A DNA stretch of 64,000 bases, from contig OZ249436.1 of the NCBI GenBank assembly GCA_965235115.1, forward strand, positions 32,676,001 to 32,740,000. The letters are read 5' to 3'. Positions 15,901-30,792 of the stretch are shown here, in pieces; position 1 is the stretch's first letter, and the number at the start of each line of letters is the position of its first letter. The notes beneath the pieces were generated by a model, which had not been told where the DNA came from, ran no database searches, and saw only the letters and a program-made list of their open reading frames with translations. Made by a program: the position numbers and the translations under genes. The stretch comes from Laetmonice hystrix (Eukaryota).

Positions 15901-18900
15901 CCAATCAACATGTTGATCAGCTGGTTCAATTGCTGGACCTAAAATGTAAAAGATACACCATCAGATTAAGGCATGACTTTAATGCAATTCAGATTGAGTA
16001 ACTACGCTACAGAAAAGAATTACCAGTGACTCTTTCATTCTACACTCGTTTTCTCGATGGAAAATAAATGCATCTTTCCCTGAACAAAAACTGCTCTATC
16101 AACCTAATTAAATATGGCTACTTCAATTAAAGCATTTTCTTTTTCTCAGGTAGTTCTCACAAAGACCTGGATTTCTTGTCCCAGTGCTGAAGCGGAAATC
16201 TCCACCTGGAATGAGCAGCAAGTCTTAGATGGCAGTCTCTTCGACTTTTAGGTAAGTAAAAAAACAAACCTGTTTCTTGTTATAATCCTTGAGTGCGTTT
16301 TCATAACCTTCCTCAAGTCGGCCGAAGGCAATGTTAACCTCAGTGGTCCACCAGATCTGGGTGCCACAGAGGGCGACCTGAGCTGGGTAATCGAAGAGCC
16401 ACTGATCTCGGGGTTTTTCTTCATAACCAATAACAGCTTCGCACATCTCGTGCAGGATTGTGGCCCGCATCTCATTAAGTAGACGGTTTAGCCAGGACTC
16501 GACCTGAGGCCAACAAATCGGGTTTTAGATATTTTTCATAATTTAAATAGAATACATAGTACAACACCAGCATTGACAAAACATAATGTGCTGCCTAGTT
16601 TCTGACAGTAGACCTACAGTCCTACCACCCCAAGTATGGTATTCATGATATTTGATATGTATCCAGAATACATTAATACTTAGATTAATACCAGACTTGT
16701 ACACTCCAATAATTTTTTTTTCTTCCCAAATTCCTATTTACCTGACCACTGCAGTCGCATTCAGCTGACAGAGGCACTTCCTCACCATCCTTGGCAAACA
16801 TTGTAATTGCTGTCTTCGTGTTGTTTCCTTCATCGTCTTGGGTAAATTTCAGATCAGCCATGCTATCAAACAGCTTGGTCAAATGACGAGCCACCTAAAA
16901 AAGGAAGCAGAACCTATTAATCTTTCTGTAATTATGTGCAATTTGATACCTGTTGATGGGCTATGCCTAGCAATCCCTTGAAAATAAATATGCAATGGAA
17001 AAAAGAAGCAAACATCAGAACTGTGTTTGATCCCACAACTAAGGGCTGTCTATAACCATGAAAACCATGAAATTCCTAACATGTAAGTCTGAAAGAAAAA
17101 TTGTGATATTAAGCATATGTAAAACTGGTTGTAACCAGATTAAAGAAAGAATCCCTTGTTGCATCTATTTTCAACTAAAACCGTTTCTTGATTTCAAGTA
17201 TTTAGTACCACATAACATCATAGTGATGGCTACCGGTAGATCACAAGCACAACATGTACAATATTTTCAGTGTCCATGGCCTAGAAGCAATCTGACAAAT
17301 CTTTAACTTCACTGTGAAGAGAACAACACCTTTTACGTCAGTGAATATTTTTTTCATTTACACACTCATCACCATGCTTCACAGACAAAGATGTGCCTTC
17401 TTAAACACCTAACATCATCCCATGCATAGTGAACACATAAATTTAGGTTGCAGTATGCTCAATTTGAATGTTAAGCCTTATGTTAAGGTAATATTTTTCA
17501 TAACTTTTTTAGAGACCAACAAGTCATAAAAGTGGTTAAATGGACATCAGCACAATTTTGGGCAAGGTAGTCCTGGCTTATGAAAATTCAAAGACTTTGC
17601 AAAGAGGCTGTTGCATGTAATCAAAACAGAAAGGAAGAAAAAACTTTAGTTTAATTTTAGATGATCACCAAATTGTTCCTCAGTGGTACATTGGTGAAAA
17701 TCATTAAAAACTGATAAATGATTGGCATGCAATGATGCACAACAATAAGCTCAGTCTTAGAGCTCGAGTTACCACACAGACTGACACTGAATGAATTTAC
17801 TCCTCTCCTCCACTGAAGTGCCCATCCATATACTTACAAACTTCTTCACTTGGTCATTCTTTTCAATATTATAATTAGATAGCATCAGTAAAGATGAGAA
17901 GATCACGGAAAATAATTCATCATAGAACCAATTCTCCCGTGATGACACATGTTACAGTGTTTCAAAATTAGAGTATAATGAATGTCAAATGTTCTAAGTA
18001 TAATCAGGGTTATTGTTTACCTGCAAAACTGGTCTCAGTATGATCATCATATACAGAATTCTCAAGACCCCTCTGGGTTGCAATATTCAGCAGCAATTAC
18101 ACTATTCCTGTACAGCTTGTGACAAATGGCTAGATTATTACCTAGTCAACTTTTTAACTTTAGCAAAGGCTCATAAACATACATACTGTAGTTGGATTAT
18201 TGCCATTGGAGAGAATGTCAAGCAGATCAGCAGAAGAAACAAAATAGAAGCGTGGGAAGGCAAGCCGTTTGGTCTCCAGGTACTCGGCGAGGGCCTTCTC
18301 ACACAGGGCAAGGTCAGTCTGTAGGGTCTCAAGACGTTCGTACAGCCTTGGCTTGTTGGTTGCCTCTACAACGTTTGTTGTCTTCTCAATGTCCGAGATC
18401 AGCTCCTGCAGATATCATATGCATTTACATTTTTATTAATTCTGTAACACTGTTATACTATACAGCACCTATATATTTAATTTCCTTTGTGCTGAAACGA
18501 TAAGAAAACAATCCAAATGAAAGAAGCTACAACATACTTTGAAATCTGTATCAATTCCATCAAAGCGCTTTGAATCTTCAGGCAGCTGTGTGCGGATATC
18601 TTCTGAGCCAATGAAAATACTCTCAAGGTGAGACCAGGTGCGTTGGACCTCAAACCAGATGGTGATCACCTGGTCTGCTGTCGAAAGTTTCTTCTGCCAG
18701 GAGGTCACTTCCTCGAGGAAGTGGGCAATAAATTTGGAGGTCAACATGTTTTGGAGTTGTACCTAGAAGATTGCAAGATTAAAAAATTAGTTTGCCATTC
18801 ATTAGTAAGATAGAGGCAATCTATTTATTTCTGCTACTACTAGTGTCATCTTTACAGCACATTATCAAAATTATATCCTTATGTTCATTTCTAGGGAAAT

Positions 18901-21900
18901 ATCAATGGTAAAACACAGATTTATTAAATCTAATTTCTTTTTCCAAACCTGATTGTCCTCCAAGGTCTCAATGAGTTCCTCACTCGCTTTGAGAAGCGTC
19001 ACTTTTGTACGGGGATGTTTTTCATGTTCAAACTCCATGGTGGACCAAGTGACATCAAGTTCCTTTAGAACTTTCTCCATACTCATTTCCTTGACGGCCT
19101 TGTCGACAATATTTCGTACTTCATCTTCAAAGTTGTGCAGGTTAAGAGAAAGTAGGTCGGCAAGTGTGGTGTTTTCGTCCATTGTGAACTTGACCTGTTC
19201 AGGATTAATGTGCAACAGTGTTGATTTCAACTGCTGAATGTGGTACAGCTCAGTTATAACATTTTCTAAAGGCAAAATCTTCAGTGAATAGTTGCTGCAA
19301 CAGTGCACACATTTGCTTTATACTATAAATTATAGTCAGTCATGTAAGTTTATTTACAATTTGCATTCACAGGACAAAGTTATGCCAAAATATGAAACGA
19401 CATGTATAACTGTGGTGATCCAGTGTTTGTGAAATTGACATTAAAAAGCTTCTTACAATCTAAAGAGTTTTTTTCAAGTATCGTACTAGTTAGTATCTTT
19501 TTCATAGAAACCCAAACTGAAAAGTATGCCTTTACATAGGGAGATTCTTTTAACTAAAAACTAAAATCATCCTTTATCATTGTGCGACTCCATAACCTCC
19601 AAAAACATGCAAGACCAGCTCACTCTAAATTTGGTAGTTCCAAGTATCCTTTAACTTAAGAAAATCTCAAAACTGCTGAGTATACATAGCATAGACACTA
19701 AGACCACTTGAGACAGAATGTCTTTTTTTATCATTCATGTCAAAAATTTGTTGCATGCTTTACTATCAGCAGTCACAGATTTTACATACTTCAGTGGGCA
19801 TGCCCTAGTCTAATGAAGAATGCATTTGGTATCTTAATTGATACAATACAGTTAAAAGCACAGCTGTAGTTTATTTGTATTCCCGTATAGCTCAATCAAA
19901 TTTCGTTATTGCACGTCAGTCCGCCATCACCAACAATTCTATTTTAAAATATTGAAGGCAGGTGATCTCTTTCTCAGTTACAACTGATAGACTTTGAAAC
20001 ATATTCATGTAGGCTTTATTCAGTGCCGGCCTTGTGAAATAAGCACGGGAGCAGTAAATAGCTCCCGTATGTCATGTCAGGGGAGCTGAAGGGGAGTGAT
20101 ACCTTTTGTGAGACAACTTGGCCATGGGGTGGATGACCCCCCCCCCCCCTCCCCCACCCAGACTTGAAAATGAGGGAGGAAAATCATACCTTGGGAAGTT
20201 AAGCCTCCAGTGAAAGTTATTTACCCATGTCCTCCTGTCTATTGGCAGTGTTTGTTCTAAATAATATTATTCAATAATGTGAAGATTTGTGTGGGGCTAG
20301 AAATATTTGTGCTGTGGTTAGTATGTATTAGAATGTAAACTAGTTTGTAAACCCCTCCATGAAAGCTTGGTTTTGGTGAAATTATTTTAATCTTGATGCA
20401 GAAACAATTCTCAGCATCAAGCTTTCGAATTGATCTTAGCTTCTGCCAATCAGAAGTCTTGAACAGAAACTGATCCACATCTTGGATTAAACTTTTTCAA
20501 CCAGGTGGTATACAGTGATGTGTAGAGTCACAAACAATGATGTTTGTTCTAAGGACAGTAATCTGCTCACAGCATGATCTGTTTAAGCTGCCCCGTCACT
20601 CACAGAGCTTGCCTAGGGTACATGCAACGGCGTAGGAACGTAAGTGGGGAGGGCACATCTCAGGTGCGGAACCAGCACTGCACGAAAAGGGGGCCCTCAA
20701 GCGCCAAGGCGCGACGTGACAACGTGGGTGACAACGTCAGCCATAAGGAAGTAACTATAGTGACGAGTTTAAGTTCTAACACCTTGAAATGGGATACTAA
20801 AATAGAAGAACTCTTGTTAGTGATACACTAAACATTACTGCAGTTACAACTGCTGCTACGACGACAATATTCAGTTTTACGTGTGTGATTGTCATGGTCA
20901 CATGTACAGGTATTGGCAGTACAACATACAGAGCTCTCTGTGTAACATTCACGAATGCTAAATCTGAAAGGTTCCTTGGACTTGGATAAGAGTTCCAGGA
21001 CATATTTAAACAGAAGAGCTATAAAAGTGAGTTACAACAAAGTTCAAAACAAGTTCAAAGGTAGTTTATGGTGAATTCTACTACACATCTCTAATTATAA
21101 ATCCTACAATTTAGGCTTACAATCCCCCCCATTGATATTTCGTCAATATAGTCTAAAAATACTGTAATGTCCACAACACTAAAGATGACAATAGAGTGTG
21201 TTTCTTGGCCTTCCAGGAATAAAGCAGTGGTCAGAACAATGTTGCCATGTCCTTATTACAACAACTGTGTAGTGATGTGTTCATGTTCAACAATGGTGTT
21301 CTGGTGTCACATCTTCATTCAAAATTATCACACCAAGAGCAAAAGTTATTAATCTATTTCATTCACCTTTTTTAATGAATGATGATAGGATAAAATAAGA
21401 ATTTCCAGATTTAAAAAGATATAATAATAAAATTATTAGCTTTTTCTCAAGATGTGACACTAGTGAATGTAGTCCGAGACATTTATGTGTTTGTCTTGCT
21501 GAATAGGAGGGGAGAAATTCACCTTCATCAGTGTACAAAATGTTACCTTTTCCATCAACCATTCGGGCGCCTATTTTGTTTAAATATGCAATATATGTTA
21601 AAATGTACATAACCCAAGTCTACTCTACTTCTGAACTTTTTTTTCCAAACAAGATAATGTTGGTCCTCAATCTCTAGGGTAACTGGAGTGTTTTTAGCTC
21701 CAGTCAGATTATCATTAGGAAGTGATCAATGCTTCATGGCTTGTCACTTTCAGTGGGTCATTTTATGAACAGTACAGGCTAGCAGCTCCAGGCAATATTA
21801 TGGCATCTTGATATCAAAACTGATGGATCAAATCTTAAAGCAAGCATTCACAGACTACAATAATCTATTGGAAGTAACAAAATTAGACTTACCCCTGTTG

Positions 21901-24900
21901 CTTGCATAAGTTGGTGCCAATGGCGGTCACGGATTGCTGGATTTTGGAGCTCTCCTACTGCCCTCAGAGAAGTAAGCATGTTTTTGACAGTACTCTCTAC
22001 CCCAGTGTACGTGTCCCATGCTCTCATCTCTTTATCTAAAGTCCGAATGTCCTTAGCAAACTTCTTACAGTCCATGTCCATCTGCTCTACGTTGATGTCA
22101 GACCAGGCCGTCTTCTCCCAGTCCTCAATACAAGAATTTACGATGTTGCAGTAATCCCACAATGTTTTGAGAAGACCAATCTCTCTGCGGCATGTCTTAA
22201 GCTGCTTGAAATCTGGCACGTTCACTTCAAACAGACTGGCTGAATCGAGCAGGGCCTGCATCTCTCTCTCCATCTTGGTAATTTGTTGATGATTCTGTGC
22301 GAGCACAGGCACAAAAGAAAAGAGTTAAACAACCACAAAATTAACACAATGAATGCAGCTGAATCACTGAATCAGTATCTGTATGATCTTTATTCAAATT
22401 TCCTGTGTCTGGTTCTGTTGGAGCTATACCTACCTCATCAAGATGACTGTATGGGTTTTCACAACTGTATTTGAAGGGCTTGATTGTTCTAAACCGCTCC
22501 CTGAATTCAAACTGCCGCACGTCAAAGTTGGCCGATTTCTTACGAATATTCGCAACTTCATTGGCATGAAGCGGAGCAACCTGTTGCTTGACTGTGATTC
22601 CAATCTTCTTTGTATTGTTCCATTGTTCTGGCAACTCCTGTGTAACAAATTATTTGCCATATATTGTGTAACTGAATTGCATTTAAAGCATGCCAAATCA
22701 ATTACCAATAAAAAAAAGATTTTATATAAAAGTTCAAGCAATATATCTAAAAAAAACTCATTTTTTAGAGCACAAAAAAATCATCAGGGAAAATGGCCAC
22801 AAATGAAAGAACTTGATGAATTCTCTTGGGAACATCCAAATTTCTTCAACCTAGTTGAAACTTTGGAAGTCTATACAATGGTGGGAACTCGTCAACAACT
22901 TGCCTGTAGTTGCATATGGACCTCCTCCGGCATTTCCTGGTCATAAGTTTTCAGGAGCTCGATGGTTTGTTTGAGGGGTTCAAACATTTCATCAGTGGCA
23001 GCTTGCCTATCTTTGACAGCCATGAGGTGACCCATCACCTCGACTAGTCCCTCATAGTCTCCCTCCTCTACTGGGTTCATCAGGCCAGAGTCGGCACTCT
23101 TGATGAATTCAGCCAGGTTGTTCAGGCTGAAGCATTAAAAACAAGTTCAGCCATACGTTCTAGTGGTATTAGAAACTAAAGTACAGATGCGTGGAGGGGG
23201 AAAGGGTAACAGTAACGGTATCACATCGCAGTTTGCGACCCAATTTCACCCCTTTGCGATTCAAAAACAGTATCTGCTTCGCAATGAATTGCTATTCAAA
23301 TCCCTTCTGAGTAGCAGTCACTGCGAATCAATTCTTCCGAAGTAAATTATCCCCTGTAAAGTACATCTCTAGAATTAAACCTTCAGGGACCAGTAAGTGT
23401 GTATTGTGATGAAAGTATTACATTATATTCAGCAACATCCCAGGGTACCAGGATAATGTTTTTTTTGTTTTTTTATATTTTTTTTTTATTGAACATCTTT
23501 ACCCAGGATTACCCACTCGGCTAGGTGCCGTGTGTGGGGGCTGGATTCCTGCATACTGTTGACAATCTGTTGTGGTTTCTTTGTACATGTATTATTATAA
23601 AATACCTGTTTGTGACGTGGTCAATGAGATGTTGTTTGAACATGAAGCTCCAGCGCTTGATGATGTTGAGAAGTGCATGTTTGAATGGCCGAGCATCAAC
23701 ACGGAACCAGCCCTCGAACAGCTCAGTACCCTTCAGTAACTCCACCTCTGTGTAGATCTTTTCATATGTGTCGACCTGCTCCTTGAACTGGTCAAGTGTT
23801 GGCGGGCATTCGGGAACGCCATCTTCAGCATGAGCCTCGATTTCTTCAGTTGTAAGCACGTGGTTGTAGATTAGGAACTGCCGCATGAACTCGTTTCGGT
23901 CATCAACCCACAAGTATGAGTACTGGTCAAATGAGTTGCGGTATTCACACGCCTTGTTCATGACGTTTTGTACGCGGTCCATGAGGTCCTGCCTCATGTC
24001 TGACAACTCCTCCATATCTTCAAGATCAGCCTAGCATATAATAAGAAAAAATAAATAAATAAGCAGAAATAAAAAATACAACAGCTGAACCTCTCATATT
24101 TTGCAGAAAGAATAAAATAGCATGTCATATCAAAATGATAGGGCACAAACTCAGAAGTTTTGTGTGCAGTGAATCAATCTCCAGACCACATTAGTTTTTT
24201 TTAACGATATGTACCACACCATATATGTAACACTGCTAGCCTCTCACTTACTCTATAGATCTATGGAAAAGAATATGATGCTACTTTTAAAGTTAACTTA
24301 AGGAATGTAATTTTAGGGGACTAAATACTGAACCTTCCATCATATTACAATAGTCACTGACCTGATAGTGTTCTTGCCCACTGTGTGCAGCCAAGCGGTT
24401 GATCTTTGAGGCCTGCTTATAGACGTCTCCAACAAGACCATCAATGAGATCATAGAAACCGTCAGCCACTCCGTAGTCTAGAGACGGGTTAAAAACCATG
24501 TCTGGCACCTGCAGCTCCAGATGGGCCTCAAACAGTGCATCGAGGACATCCTTGGTTTCGGTATTCTCCAGCAGGAACTTGAGACTGCAGTGGATGGTGT
24601 TGAAGAAGCCATCAACAACCATCTCATCTATGTAATCAACATATGCTTTCCAAGTGTCTGTATCTGCTGAGGCTTTGAAGAGTCCCAGATTCTCCTGAAA
24701 GTGAAACCCAGTCGATATTAACATGACTTGAAAAAGACAGTCGGAATCATCAATTGTCTTGAGGAACACAACTCATTTTTCGAAATTAAGAGTTGGTTTA
24801 AACAGTTTTCATAAATTTTTCAAGAACTTAATTTCAGGATGTACTTGAAGATGTGGTAGTCTACCAAAATAAAATATGAATTATGGCTTATAGTTTGGAC

Positions 24901-27900
24901 CCTAACTTAAAATGTGAATTCTCACTTTTTGTCAAGAGGAAGGAAACATGCTTACCTGAAGAAGTGTATGAATCTTGTCGCCTTTGGCACCGATATCCGT
25001 ATACCTCTTCTTGAGTCTGTCTGGACGATCTTCTAGGTTCAACATTGGTTCACTTTTGCCCTCTTTTCGCTCGAACAGCGGAATCTTGCTCCATGTGGAC
25101 ATGATCTTCTGTATCTGTTCAACATTATCTTTGGCTTTCTGTACCCGGTTTTCTAGGTCATGCACTTTGTCTCTCGTCTCCTGGATGTAGTCCCAGAGGC
25201 TGTCGCTATTCCAGTTTAGGTCCTTCTCTGCCTTGAGGATTTGGACATCAATTTCTTCTAACTGGCCCTCGATGAGAGGGAACTCCACTTCCAGTATAGT
25301 CTCCCGCACCTTGTTGTACCACTGGATGGTCAGGTCGAGGTTAGCGACATACTGTCGGAAGGTCTCATTCCTGGAGTAGATGTTTCCTGCACTGACTGGG
25401 ATCGTTTCAGCCCCACGTTGTTCCAAGTAATGAACTTCACGGAGAACAGCAACGAGCTGAAGTAGGAACAGGAGACATTGATCAATACAAATGGCCAAGT
25501 CAATGCTGAATACACGTTAACTTACAACTTTAACGATAGATTACCTTGTGGTGCATTCAGTTAAAGCACTGAGAAGCTTTTTATAGATCTGGCGATGCTA
25601 TATTAATGCTATGACATACCTGACCCAATGCAATAGTTTTCCATTTCACATTTTAGAAAATACTATTTATTGGTCTTTTTAAAGACGTACACATTTTTTC
25701 CTAACAACCATTTAGTTCAGTTAATATTGTTCCTAACCTGAGGATCAAAGTTCAGGCTAATGAGCTTTGTTTCATCGTTGCGGGTGATTAGGGCCTGAGC
25801 AAGGTTGAAGGAGCATGCCTCATCTACACCTGCTGTCCATTCATCAAACACTTGTTTCTCAAACCTGGAGGAAAAATATCACAAACTTGTCTTGATCTTT
25901 CCTAACTTTAAAATGGCTTTAAATATGGTTGTTTGCACAAACTTTAATTTTTTACCAAGAGCTACTATTTATAACCCATTGTTAACAACATTTTGTTCCA
26001 GGAAGTCACAGATTCCTAGAAGATTCTGGGTTTTCTCTGTAGAAATATAGTTGGCCTATCCAGAATTTGAATAACCATACTTACTGACTCAGAAGTTGCA
26101 ACATTTTTTCATAATGGTCAAACACATCCTTTGCTTCTTGTGATTCCATGCAGCTACAAGAAAATAATGTTGAAAAAAATAATAAATCAGGCGCTCCAGT
26201 CTAGTTTTGAAATAGGTCTTGGAACCAATAACCAGTCTGCACAAAATTTGAAGGGATTCTCAATGTTTTTTTGCTCATTAAATTTATTGATATGTGCAAT
26301 TTGTGTATAAAATCTTCCTTTTTTCTGTACCCTTGTCCCAAATTTACCCCCATGAAAAAGCCAGTGTTTAAAATTGTGCGATTGCGAGTCTTGAAAATTC
26401 TGTCTAAATGCCAAATGTAAACAAGATACTGAGGTTGGCTGGTACTTACGGGTGCTCAATGTGTTTGAAGCTGTCCATTGACTGTGAAATACGTTCCCTC
26501 AGTTCCTGAGCCCACCTTAGGCTGCCCGACACTTTTGCCATATTCTTGTGGATAGGCATTTTGCCCGTCTCATTTTTAATGGCCATGTGCCTGTCATAGA
26601 TAGCCTTTGCCATGTTCAGCTCCTCATCCATCATTGTCACAATGCAGGGATAGTTTTTATCAAAATCAGCCTTAAGCATGGGTCGATCCAGCAGAGATCC
26701 AAAGATGTCAACCAACTGCAAGAGCCATAAAAACATGTGAATAATAAAGTTGCTCAAAGACTGGCCAAAACTGACATAGGAAAGCTTTTGTTTTTGACTC
26801 AAGCTCTACACAATGGTAGATTTCTGTATTAAATCAGAAGCAAACTAGAAAAATCCTCCTGAAGAAATTGTTACTAAATAAAGGTTCAAAGAGGTAGAGT
26901 ATCCTGCCAGTACTACTAGAAATAATGATTTCTTCTTCTTTTTTTTACATTGAAGACGATACATATTTGTCCCACGAAATCAATTCTCTTTACGGAATTA
27001 TTAGCATTTCTCTTAATTATTAATACTAAAAAATTCTTACTTAATTAATTACAATGCAGTACCTTAAACTTTATACACAATCCATACATTTCTATGGTCA
27101 CATACCTTGAAGATTGCTTCAGTACCAGAACAATCATCAAAGCCTTGGCAAACAATGGTGGCCAATCTTTTGTCGAGATCTGCAATGACTGCCTTAAACT
27201 CGTTATAATCCGTCAAGAAGGCTGGATCCTGAGGGTCCAGTGAGTCATATGTACGCTCTGTGAACAGCTTGTAGTGCTCACTGAATTCTTCCCAGATCTG
27301 GACAACTTGTGAACTCAGCATCTTTCCTTTGATGCCACCAAATTCTATCTTCTCTAACTTCATGAACTCCAAAGCCACATCCATCAGTTCCTAGAAAAAT
27401 AAAATTAAATACAATGAAAGCGATAGACAGAAACTGTTATTGAAAGTGAAAGTATCCCACTTGATCATTTTGATGGCCATTTTTACAAATTTGCTAAATT
27501 TATCACCTTACCAGTCTGATTTGCTGAATATGTGCAACATTATGTTACCTTCAAAGCTCATCTACTTAACTAAAAAAAGCCTTGACTAGATACGCTAACA
27601 ATGACTAAGCTTGGTACTGCATACTCTGGCTAGAAACAGGTATTTGGATGTAACACCTTTTATTAAGAAAGTCTGATAACAGATTCTGCAGATGTTCTGC
27701 AGATAAAACTGTAGAATAAAATAACTTACATGAACTGTCTCAACTCTTTCCATGAATTTGTCAAAACGGTGGAAAACAAGTTCAGGAGCAAACTCCCACT
27801 CTTTCACTTCTTGGCCTGCCTCGAAGTAGTCTTTGATTTTAGCTCGATGTTCCTCATATGTTGAGCGGAAGGATTTGAGGACTTTCAACGCAATTTTAAC

Positions 27901-30792
27901 TTTATCAATAGATTCTTCAATCTCTCCTTTAAACAAATCAGCAGGCTCGAGGAAAGTGCGACACTGAAAAAAAAAAGTGGCACCTTTGTACAGAAGTAGA
28001 ATGCCATTTAGAGCTTAGCACTAATCAATATAAATTTCATTAAGAGTTCCATATCATTTGTCCCTGATAAATTCTGCATAAAGGTTATAACTAACTTAGA
28101 ATAAAATTTTCTTGGATTTTGTTTAATTCACTTGTTATTCAGATTGTCAAATGATATTTGGTCATTAAGAAATAATTAAATTCCTCAAAATGATGGCAAC
28201 TTGAGTGTTATAAAGGAGGCAGCAGCCTCAGATTTATATGTAAGACATGCTCCAACTGAAACATTCATGATGGTAACCAGTTCCCAAGAGATTTACTGTA
28301 AAGGCAAACTCTTGGATGCCTACCAGCTCAATCAGAAGATTGCATGTCTCCTGAAGCAATACAATGATCCGCCCAGGAGTGTTGTAGTACTTGGACTTGG
28401 CCCATACCAGGCACATGACATGCATCAGTGGAGGTAGAAACTTTTCCATAGTGTCAAAATCAGCCTGCTCCAGATCTTCAAAGTGATTCTTCAAAGGTTT
28501 GAGGTGAAGGTTTATGTCCTGAGCCTCAGTCAGTGCTGCAAATGTCCACATTAAAAAAATGTTAAGTACATGCACAGAGACACTGGAAAAGTGTAAAGCA
28601 GAAATAAAAGGTAACTTCAGGATAACAGTTCTCTGGAAGATTGAATATTATTAGTGCAACAAATTATAATACTTTTTCATCATGTTTTTTTGGTACAGAA
28701 TATATTTGAGCTGGAAATTCGAACTTTGGCATTTCTTGCTTGATCATAAAAATTAAAACTGATGTTATTTGAGGCTAACCTGACACAACATCCCTGAAAA
28801 TGGTCTTGAAAGCCGGGAAGTAAGAGGACTGAGTCTTCTCCAGCAGCTCGGCCATTTTGCGCACTTTGGGGTCCCGTAGCTGTTCATAGATGCAGTCCAA
28901 ATTTTGGGCCTTTGCCTTCCAGAACTCCACCTCAACCAAAGGAGTTGGATTGAGGCCTTCAAGGAGTGGTTGTGCTGAGTCCTTCTTGAGAACATCACGA
29001 ATCTGATGAGTCCAGTCAATGATGACCGACTCGATGGCATGTACTAAAGCACGGTCATAGCTCTCTGGCCTGTAAAACAATTTTGGTTTTACATTAAAAA
29101 ATATATAATAATGTTGGTTGGTACCAACACTGAATGCACTTGTGCCAAGTTGAGGTTCTATAAGCAAAATTTCCAAAGAAAAATTTGTCAATACATTTTA
29201 TACAGTAATAAATTTTAGCTGACAACATCCAAATATTTCAGATATGTTGCAGGTAACTTACTTTCCCACTGATGCTACCTGTTCCACTTTCTCTGTACCC
29301 ACAGGCAGTGGCAGTAATGTTTTGCCCTTCACCTGGCCAGCCACCACATAGACACTTGATTTCAAGTTGTGGACATGACGAAGTACATCTTGTGAGACAA
29401 CATGTGGCCACTGTTCATGATTCTTCTCATTTGATAAGAGAGGTACCAGCACCTTTAAACACCAAAGAAACACCATCACAATGATACACAATGATAATCA
29501 AATCCACATAAGAATCTGTTGCCTCCACCAGAACATCTTCTTGTCAGCGCTGGAACTTCACACATGCCTGGTGGCCATTTTTATTCAGGGTGCCTTAAAA
29601 ATGCCTAAATCAATATGCCGTGGTGGCTTGTAGAAAATTCTGACCCAAATTACAGCTCTTTTTGTAAAGTTACTGGCCTGTAATGTGTAGAAAAAGACCC
29701 AATAGACTTATTCTTGGGAGGGCTACTGAAGCCAGTTGAAACGAGTGCAGTGATTCTGAACATTCTGACTTCCACAGGAGCTGCATTGACTCATTTGGTG
29801 GATGCATTGACCATCACTAATAATATAATATTAATCAGGTCATAATTTTATCATTTATTGGATAGGAATTTGAATTAAATCATATGAAATAAGGCACCGA
29901 GTGACACCCTTTTAAGTTGTATAGGCCTATTTAGCCGGCATTTGGGAGGGTCCTGTGGCCATTACTAGGCTGAGGCCTGAGCTTCAATTCTAGTCTATTG
30001 GTGCATTGCCTACGGATAATGGGCCGCTAGATTTACCCGCTTTCCTTTTAAACGAGCGAGATCGGGCCTGTGCTCTATCGCGCTCGCTTTTTTGGGACCT
30101 AGCATTTGTGGTTTGGGGGACTATGTCTATGAGTGACTCTCAGTATGACGGAGAGTGTAAATAGCTCCCCATCATAAATCAATGAGAGCTATCAACAGTA
30201 CAAATTACAGATGTGAAAGCCTGCTGCTAAATAGCAGACTATCTAATTAACGCCTAATTTAACACCCAATTTGAGACAAAAATAAAACTTTGTTTGGATT
30301 TGTTTAATTAAATTAGTCAAACTAAGATATAAAGTAGAATCTCATTTAGTAGGCCTATAAAATATTAATATAACACAGTTAGTATTACTAGTGACTACGG
30401 CACTGTTGGAACTGTCGGGTAAAACGTACCTCATCAACAAACGCTGACAACTGGTCCATTGGCGAGTATGACAGATCCCCATAAAGGAGAACATTTCTTA
30501 GGACGGCATCTTTCCCTATGTTTTCTCTGCCTTTTTTGATGAAGTAACAGGCCTTGCTTTTCAGTTGTGTAGGCCAGTCGTATGACACAGCCAAATTCCC
30601 TGTCTGATTTGATGTCACTAAAAGATTCGGATGCTCTGGCTTGTCGAAAAATTCCAGGAACAGTGCCTTATTTTCGTCCACATTATACAACTTCATCCAC
30701 TTGTCCGGCTTCATTTTCATTGTTTTTAGAACATAATCCGCAATGAACTCCACCCGGGAGTCATTGAGCTCGAGGTCGGCTGCGAGAGACAT
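986..30792 (-). CDS. DNAH9/11/17-like: Axonemal outer-arm dynein heavy chain, beta type (co-orthologue of vertebrate DNAH9/11/17); 45 coding exons in the window, 3' end beyond the left edge
   Basis: Exons with phase-consistent splice sites, 5' to 3': 30792-30430, 29452-29262, 29069-28780, 28535-28324, 27963-27730, 27390-27106, 26715-26450, 26153-26085, 25864-25738, 25456-24956, 24694-24362, 24030-23606, 23126-22904, 22637-22434, 22294-21893, 19194-18949, 18762-18538, 18405-18187, 16894-16742, 16503-16270, 15938-15646, 15392-15236, 15044-14782, 14570-14339, 14179-13985, 13251-13041, 12719-12592, 12200-11769, 11601-11428, 11218-10505, 10013-9852, 8915-8598, 8381-8076, 7855-7694, 7527-7294, 7085-6825, 6629-6483, 5115-3655, 3369-3199, 3021-2899, 2771-2578, 2332-2056, 1907-1680, 1504-1313, 1105-986. 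Four P-loops are present ([32 protein letters not shown]), plus the linker FPRFYFVS motif, [18 protein letters not shown], stalk coiled coil, AAA5 and AAA6 (SLGQGQ, ITNEPP). The long N-terminal tail fits the outer-arm class. Confidence 0.96.
10045..10346. mobile_element. MITE with CATACCTGCCAA-type termini and 6-bp target duplication (hAT6-like), in a dynein intron
   Basis: TTATTC|CATATCTGCCAA ... TTGGCAGGTATG|TTATTC. A related terminus CATACCTGCCAAC occurs at 52488. Confidence 0.75.
13311..13590. repeat. Degenerate intronic tandem repeat, about 100-110-bp period, about 3 units
   Basis: A GACT(GG)..TGTGT(A)TTAGGCCCT.TAACATG-like motif recurs near 13311, 13410 and 13521. Confidence 0.6.

Noticed and set aside
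19195..21892. Possible nested gene in the largest dynein intron
   Set aside because: Only short ORFs and repeat-like fragments; no consistent exon chain or clear paired termini found.
1711..29484. Many plus-strand and alternative-frame ORFs over the dynein gene
   Set aside because: Antisense or off-frame shadows of real exons, many starting at non-ATG codons, with no recognisable domains.
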